Below are positions 59,772-64,000 of a DNA stretch of 64,000 nt, in pieces. Positions within the stretch are counted from its first letter, which is position 1. The number at the start of each line of letters is the position of its first letter. The notes beneath the pieces are model-generated. The model saw only the letters and a list, made by a program, of their open reading frames with translations. It was not told where the DNA came from and made no database searches. The position numbers and the translations under genes were made by a program. Source of the DNA: an uncultured Methylomirabilota bacterium (GTDB lineage: Bacteria; Methylomirabilota; Methylomirabilia; Methylomirabilales; 2-02-FULL-66-22); NCBI GenBank assembly GCA_963845565.1, contig CAWJSJ010000001.1, positions 64,001 through 128,000 of the forward strand, in the 5' to 3' direction.

Positions 59772-60668
59772 TTACGCCTTGAGGTATTTGTTGAACCAAG
59801 CCACGCAGCGGGTCCAGGCGTCCTTGGCCGCCTCGGCGCGATAGCTCTGCCGGTAGTCCGCGTTGAACGCGTGCGGGGCGCCGGGATAGAGGATGAACTC
59901 CGCAGTCTTCCCGGCGGCCTTGAGCGCCGCCTCCATCTCCTTCACATCGGTCGCCGGGATTCCCTGATCCGCCTCGCCGTAGAGTCCCAAGACGGGCGCC
60001 GTGATCTTCGCAGCTACATCGAGCGGTCCGACGTCCCGGATGCCCGCCGCCTTGGCGGGTTTGATCGTCCCGTACCAGGGCACCGCAGCCTTGACGTCGG
60101 GATGGTGTGCGGCGAAGAGGAGAGTGTACATCCCGCCCCGGCAGAACCCCGTCACGCCGATCCGGTCGGCGCGAGCCGCCGGATGGGCCTTCGCGTAGGC
60201 CACCAGCGCGTCGAGATCGCCCATAGCCTGGGCATCGGAGACCGAGTTGGCAACCTTCATCACGGCCGGCTGATCGGGAAGTTGGAGCGTGCCGCCTTCA
60301 CGGGCGTAGGTCTCGAACGTGATGGCGAGAAACCCTTCCTTGGCGAAGCGTCGGGCCACGTCCTTGATGTGCTCGTGCATCCCCCACACCTCGGGAATGA
60401 CCAGGACGACCGGATAGCGTCCCGCCGCGGCCGGCCGCGCCTCGTAGATCGGGACTTGAAACCCACCGGAGGATACCTTGGTGTCGGTGACTGTGAGTCC
60501 CTCGGTAGAGGTCGTGATGACCTGGGCGGCGACCGGATCTGCGGCAATCGCGAAACCGGCCAGACTGACGCCGGTCACTCCGACGCCGGCCAGAAACTGC
60601 CGGCGCGATACACCCTCTCCTGCGTTAGACAGCCAATCGTCGGTGTCGGTCAAGCGTCGCGTGCTCAT
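59772..60668 (-). CDS. Dienelactone hydrolase family protein with a Tat-like signal
   Basis: SRRQFL; EVWG, GFCRGG, GEAD, HAF. Confidence 0.92.
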   Translation of the reverse strand: MSTRRLTDTDDWLSNAGEGVSRRQFLAGVGVTGVSLAGFAIAADPVAAQVITTSTEGLTVTDTKVSSGGFQVPIYEARPAAAGRYPVVLVIPEVWGMHEHIKDVARRFAKEGFLAITFETYAREGGTLQLPDQPAVMKVANSVSDAQAMGDLDALVAYAKAHPAARADRIGVTGFCRGGMYTLLFAAHHPDVKAAVPWYGTIKPAKAAGIRDVGPLDVAAKITAPVLGLYGEADQGIPATDVKEMEAALKAAGKTAEFILYPGAPHAFNADYRQSYRAEAAKDAWTRCVAWFNKYLKA

Positions 60669-60816
60669 CTGCTCTCGTCTCCTCTGTGTGTGCGTGTTCC
60701 GATTCGGGTCGCTGCGGCGGCGGCGCGGAGTGGAGCCCACTACCGTACCCCTCCGGGGATTGGCGTTGACCAACGGGTCACCGCATCGCGCCCCTCTCGC
60801 CGCGTTGACCAAAATG

Positions 60817-60914
60817 TGTACCGGATGGTACAGCGCCAACAGGACGTACGCAATCCTGTTTTGCTGCCCTGTGAACTCGCCAGGGCCCAGGGGAGGCCTT
60901 GGCGATTTGCTTGC
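60817..60914 (+). promoter_or_regulatory. Putative sigma54 promoter with upstream palindromic activator site
   Basis: TGTACC-GGAT-GGTACA (TGT-N10-ACA) 60817-60832; TGGCGATTTGCTTGC 60900-60914. Confidence 0.55.
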
Positions 60915-61030
60915 CTGGCTCATGCAACGTTGGTATGCTCGGCGCGCCTCGGGACTTCGTTTGGCACCCAACGGCTGTGTGCCTCGCCGCCGTTGGAAAC
61001 GTGGGGTCGTCCTACTAAGGAGAGGGAATC

Positions 61031-62014
61031 ATGATGCGGAAGATCGGCTGGCTTGCGCTCGCGATGGGGTTCGCCGTGGTCTGCGTTCTGCCTTCCCCGG
61101 CCGCGTGGGCCGGTGAGAAGATCACCATCAAGCTCGGCCACGTCTTGGACACCAAGCATCCCTACCACATCGGCGCCGAACACTTTGCGAATCGGGTGCG
61201 CGAATTGACAAGCGGACGGGTCGAGGTCCAGGTGTTTCCCAGTTCGCAGCTCGGCGGCGAGCGGGAGATGGCCGAGGCGATTCAGTTCGGGACGCTGGAG
61301 TCCGCCGCGATCATGGCGGCCGTCGCCGGCCGGTTCGTGCGCGAGTTTGACATCTTCAACCTGCCCTTCCTGTTCCGCGACTTCGCGCATGTCTACAAGG
61401 TGCTGGACGGGCCGTTCGGGGAGGAATTGAACCAGGCGTCGATCAAGAAAGGATTCCGGCAGCTCGGCATCTATGTGGGCGGGTCGCGGAGTGTCTACGC
61501 GCGAAAACCGGTCAGCGATCTGGCGTCGCTGAAGGGCATGAAGATCCGGACGATCGAGTCCCCCGTGGTGGTCGCCACCTGGAAGGCCCTGGGCACGATC
61601 CCCACGCCCACGCCGATGCCCGAGGTGTACACCGCCATCCAGCAAGGGATGGTGGACGGCGGGGAGGGGAACGTGATCAGCTACAACAACATGAAGTTCG
61701 ACGAGGTGGCCCCGTTTCTCTCCCACATCAAGTACCTGATCACGATCGAGCCCGTCTTTATCAGCGAGAAGTTTCTCCAGGCCCAGCCCCCCGACATACA
61801 GAAGGCCATCCTGCAGGCGGGCAGGGAATCCGTTCCGGTGGAGCGAAAAGCCAACGAGGAGCAGGAGGCCAAGGTCGTGGAGACGTTGCGGGCAAAGGGG
61901 CGAACCGTCGTGGTCCCCGACGTCACCCCGTTTCAGAAAGCCGTCGAGCCCGTCTATGAGCAGTACGGAAAGTCGATCGGGCTGGACAAGATTCGGATGA
62001 TCCAGAGCCAGTAG
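61031..62014 (+). CDS. dctP: TRAP transporter substrate-binding protein
   Basis: FPSSQLG.ERE, LPFLF, KGMKIR, EVYTAIQQG.VDG.E. Confidence 0.93.
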   Translation: MMRKIGWLALAMGFAVVCVLPSPAAWAGEKITIKLGHVLDTKHPYHIGAEHFANRVRELTSGRVEVQVFPSSQLGGEREMAEAIQFGTLESAAIMAAVAGRFVREFDIFNLPFLFRDFAHVYKVLDGPFGEELNQASIKKGFRQLGIYVGGSRSVYARKPVSDLASLKGMKIRTIESPVVVATWKALGTIPTPTPMPEVYTAIQQGMVDGGEGNVISYNNMKFDEVAPFLSHIKYLITIEPVFISEKFLQAQPPDIQKAILQAGRESVPVERKANEEQEAKVVETLRAKGRTVVVPDVTPFQKAVEPVYEQYGKSIGLDKIRMIQSQ

Positions 62015-62029
62015 CAGGCGCCGACCGTG

Positions 62030-62539
62030 ATGGCTGATCAGTCACCCGAGAGGAGTCGCTTGTCCGTTGGTCGAGCGGTCATGACCGTCTTCACCCATCC
62101 CGTCGAGTGGGCCTGCGGGCTCCTGATGGCCGCCATCACCACGGTGGTGTTCCTGCAGGTCTTCACGCGCTACGTCCTGGCGTACCCGTGGGGGTGGCCC
62201 GAGGAACTGGCGCGGATTCTGTTCGTGTGGGTCGCACTCCTGGGAGCGGTCCTGGCGTTCCGGAGAGCCGGACACTTCAGCATCGAAGCGTGTGTCGGTC
62301 GCCTGCCGGCGCCGCTGCGGCGCGCGGTCGCGTTGTCCATGCGGTGGGTTCTCCTGGGCTTTCTCCTGTTGGTGGCGTACCTCGGTCTGCAAGCCACGCT
62401 CCGGGTGCGGGAGCAATTGACCACCGCCATGGAGATTTCCATCAGCTGGGGGTACGCCTCCGTGCCGGTGAGCTTCGCCTGCATGGCGTTTGAGATGGCG
62501 CGCTTTCTCTGGCAGGACCTGCGCGGTTTTCCGAAATGA
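62030..62539 (+). CDS. dctQ: TRAP transporter small permease
   Basis: QVFTRY..W.EELAR; GH; four TM segments. Confidence 0.9.
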   Translation: MADQSPERSRLSVGRAVMTVFTHPVEWACGLLMAAITTVVFLQVFTRYVLAYPWGWPEELARILFVWVALLGAVLAFRRAGHFSIEACVGRLPAPLRRAVALSMRWVLLGFLLLVAYLGLQATLRVREQLTTAMEISISWGYASVPVSFACMAFEMARFLWQDLRGFPK

Positions 62540-63816
62540 TCGCCCTCCTGTTCGGCGCCTTGGCAGTTCTGATCCTCCTCAACGCTCCCATCTCTTTGGC
62601 CCTCGGACTCGCGTCCACCATTGCGGCGGCGGTCCAGGCCAAGGGGCCGCTCCTCTTCTTGCCGCAAAAGATCTATACCGCGCTCGATTCGTTTCCGCTG
62701 CTGGCGGTCCCGCTCTTCATTCTGGCCGGATCCTTCCTGGAAACGGGTGGAGTGGGCCGGCGGCTGGTCAACCTGGCGAACGTGATGGTGCGCCACTTTC
62801 CGGGTGGGCTGGGCATGGTGGTCGTGGTGGCGACGATGATCTTCTCCGAGGTGTCGGGATCCTCGGCGGCGGATGCGGCGGCGATCGGGTCGGTCACCAT
62901 CCCGGCCATGCTGCGGCTCGGGTACACGCCGGCGTTCGCCACGGCCGTCGTCGCGGCGGCGGGGGGCGCCGCCGTCCTCGTCCCGCCCAGCATCGCCGCC
63001 GTGATCTACGGATGGCAGGCCAACACCTCGGTGGGGGCGCTGTTCGCCGCCGGCTTCATCCCCGGCTTTGCCACCGCACTCGCCTTGATGGTGTATATCT
63101 ACGTCACGGCGCGGCGGCACAACTTCCCCATCGAGACGAAGGCGACCTGGGCCGAGACCGGTCAGGCGATCCGGGAATCGCTGCCTGCCTTGCTCATGCC
63201 CATCATCATCCTGGGGGGCATTTTCGGAGGCTTCTTCACCGCCACCGAATCGGCCGCTGTGGCGGTGATCTACGGGGTCGTGGTCGCATTGTTCTACTAT
63301 CAGGAGATCACATGGCGGGACTTGCCGGGGATCCTGGTGGAGTCCGCCGTGACGACCGGGATCGTCGGGCTCCTGCTGGGCATGGCGGCCATCTTCGGGT
63401 ATGTGTTGACAACTCTGCAGGTTCCCCTGAAGCTGGCGAACGCCATCATGGCCGTCTCGGACAGCCGGTGGGTGTTCCTGGTGCTGGTCAACCTGCTCCT
63501 CCTGGTGGCGGGTTGTTTCCTGAACGCGACGGCCATCCTGGTGGTGATCGTGCCGATCCTGCTCCCCATGGCGGAGCGGTTCCAGATCGATTTCGTGCAT
63601 TTCGGGATCATGATCATCGCCAACCTGGGGATCGGCTATGTGACGCCGCCGGTCGGGACCTGTCTGTACGTGGCATGCAGCATCTCGAAGGAGCCACTGG
63701 ATCGCGTCGTTCGGCCGCTCGTTCCCCTGCTGCTCGTGATGGTGGCCATGCTGGCGGTCGTGACGTTCGTCCCGGAGATCACGCTGTTCGTGCCGCGGTG
63801 GCTGTATGGGAAGTGA
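62536..63816 (+). CDS. dctM: TRAP transporter large permease
   Basis: LAVPLFILAG, SGSSAADAA, PPS, FTATESA, TPPVG. Confidence 0.95.
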   Translation: MIALLFGALAVLILLNAPISLALGLASTIAAAVQAKGPLLFLPQKIYTALDSFPLLAVPLFILAGSFLETGGVGRRLVNLANVMVRHFPGGLGMVVVVATMIFSEVSGSSAADAAAIGSVTIPAMLRLGYTPAFATAVVAAAGGAAVLVPPSIAAVIYGWQANTSVGALFAAGFIPGFATALALMVYIYVTARRHNFPIETKATWAETGQAIRESLPALLMPIIILGGIFGGFFTATESAAVAVIYGVVVALFYYQEITWRDLPGILVESAVTTGIVGLLLGMAAIFGYVLTTLQVPLKLANAIMAVSDSRWVFLVLVNLLLLVAGCFLNATAILVVIVPILLPMAERFQIDFVHFGIMIIANLGIGYVTPPVGTCLYVACSISKEPLDRVVRPLVPLLLVMVAMLAVVTFVPEITLFVPRWLYGK

Positions 63817-63822
63817 CGGGAG

Positions 63823-63866
63823 GAGAGCCGAGAACGGAGAGCGCAGAGCCGAGCCGCGAGCCGCGA
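63823..63866. repeat. Heptamer array (GAGAGCC-like)
   Basis: gagagcc/gagaacg/gagagcg/cagagcc/gagccgc/gagccgc; same unit as 32130-32170. Confidence 0.6.
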
Positions 63867-64000
63867 TGAGGTGGAGAAGCGGGGAGAGAGACGGGGGCAG
63901 ATTTGCTTTGTCGCATGCACGGGGCGTTTCATGGAGTACAATGAACCCGCGGGTCGTGATGTCGAGTGGGGACTGCGCGTCGAACCCTAACCGAAGGAGG

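Overview
A GC-rich bacterial chromosomal segment with about 62 protein genes. No rRNA, tRNA, CRISPR array, transposase or phage gene was found. Gene content is compatible with a Methylomirabilota/Rokubacteria- or Deltaproteobacteria-like organism, but this is inference only. Positions 1-27.5 kb hold a dense solute-uptake and catabolism cluster: three AfuA/FbpA-type ABC systems, a Ugp-type and a Phn-type ABC system, LacI, a DegT aminotransferase, epimerases, SuhB, DeoC, an M20 hydrolase and alkaline phosphatase. Positions 27.5-56 kb hold housekeeping and signalling genes: ychF, an RNase H-like::MtaB in-frame fusion, DapA-like aldolase, mtnP, pfkB, two tandem REC-DUF4388-PilZ proteins, uvrA with a short insertion domain, a HAMP kinase with a sigma54 regulator, bS22, an ECF sigma cassette, rlmD, Tim44 and leuD/leuC-like genes. 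Positions 56-64 kb hold an MCP, a REC protein, a methyltransferase, a dienelactone hydrolase and a TRAP transporter. The most notable unexplained structure is non-coding: (i) a candidate ~155-nt sigma54-dependent sRNA with a C-rich anti-SD-like loop (44.5 kb); (ii) a family of intergenic elements of four degenerate 8-mers, a spacer and four inverted 8-mers, with related 7-mer and 9-mer arrays; (iii) a MITE-like family sitting exactly at TAG stop codons, one copy carrying a nested 23-bp hairpin unit. Two single-base indels (phnC, alkaline phosphatase) suggest residual sequencing error, which tempers the fusion call.
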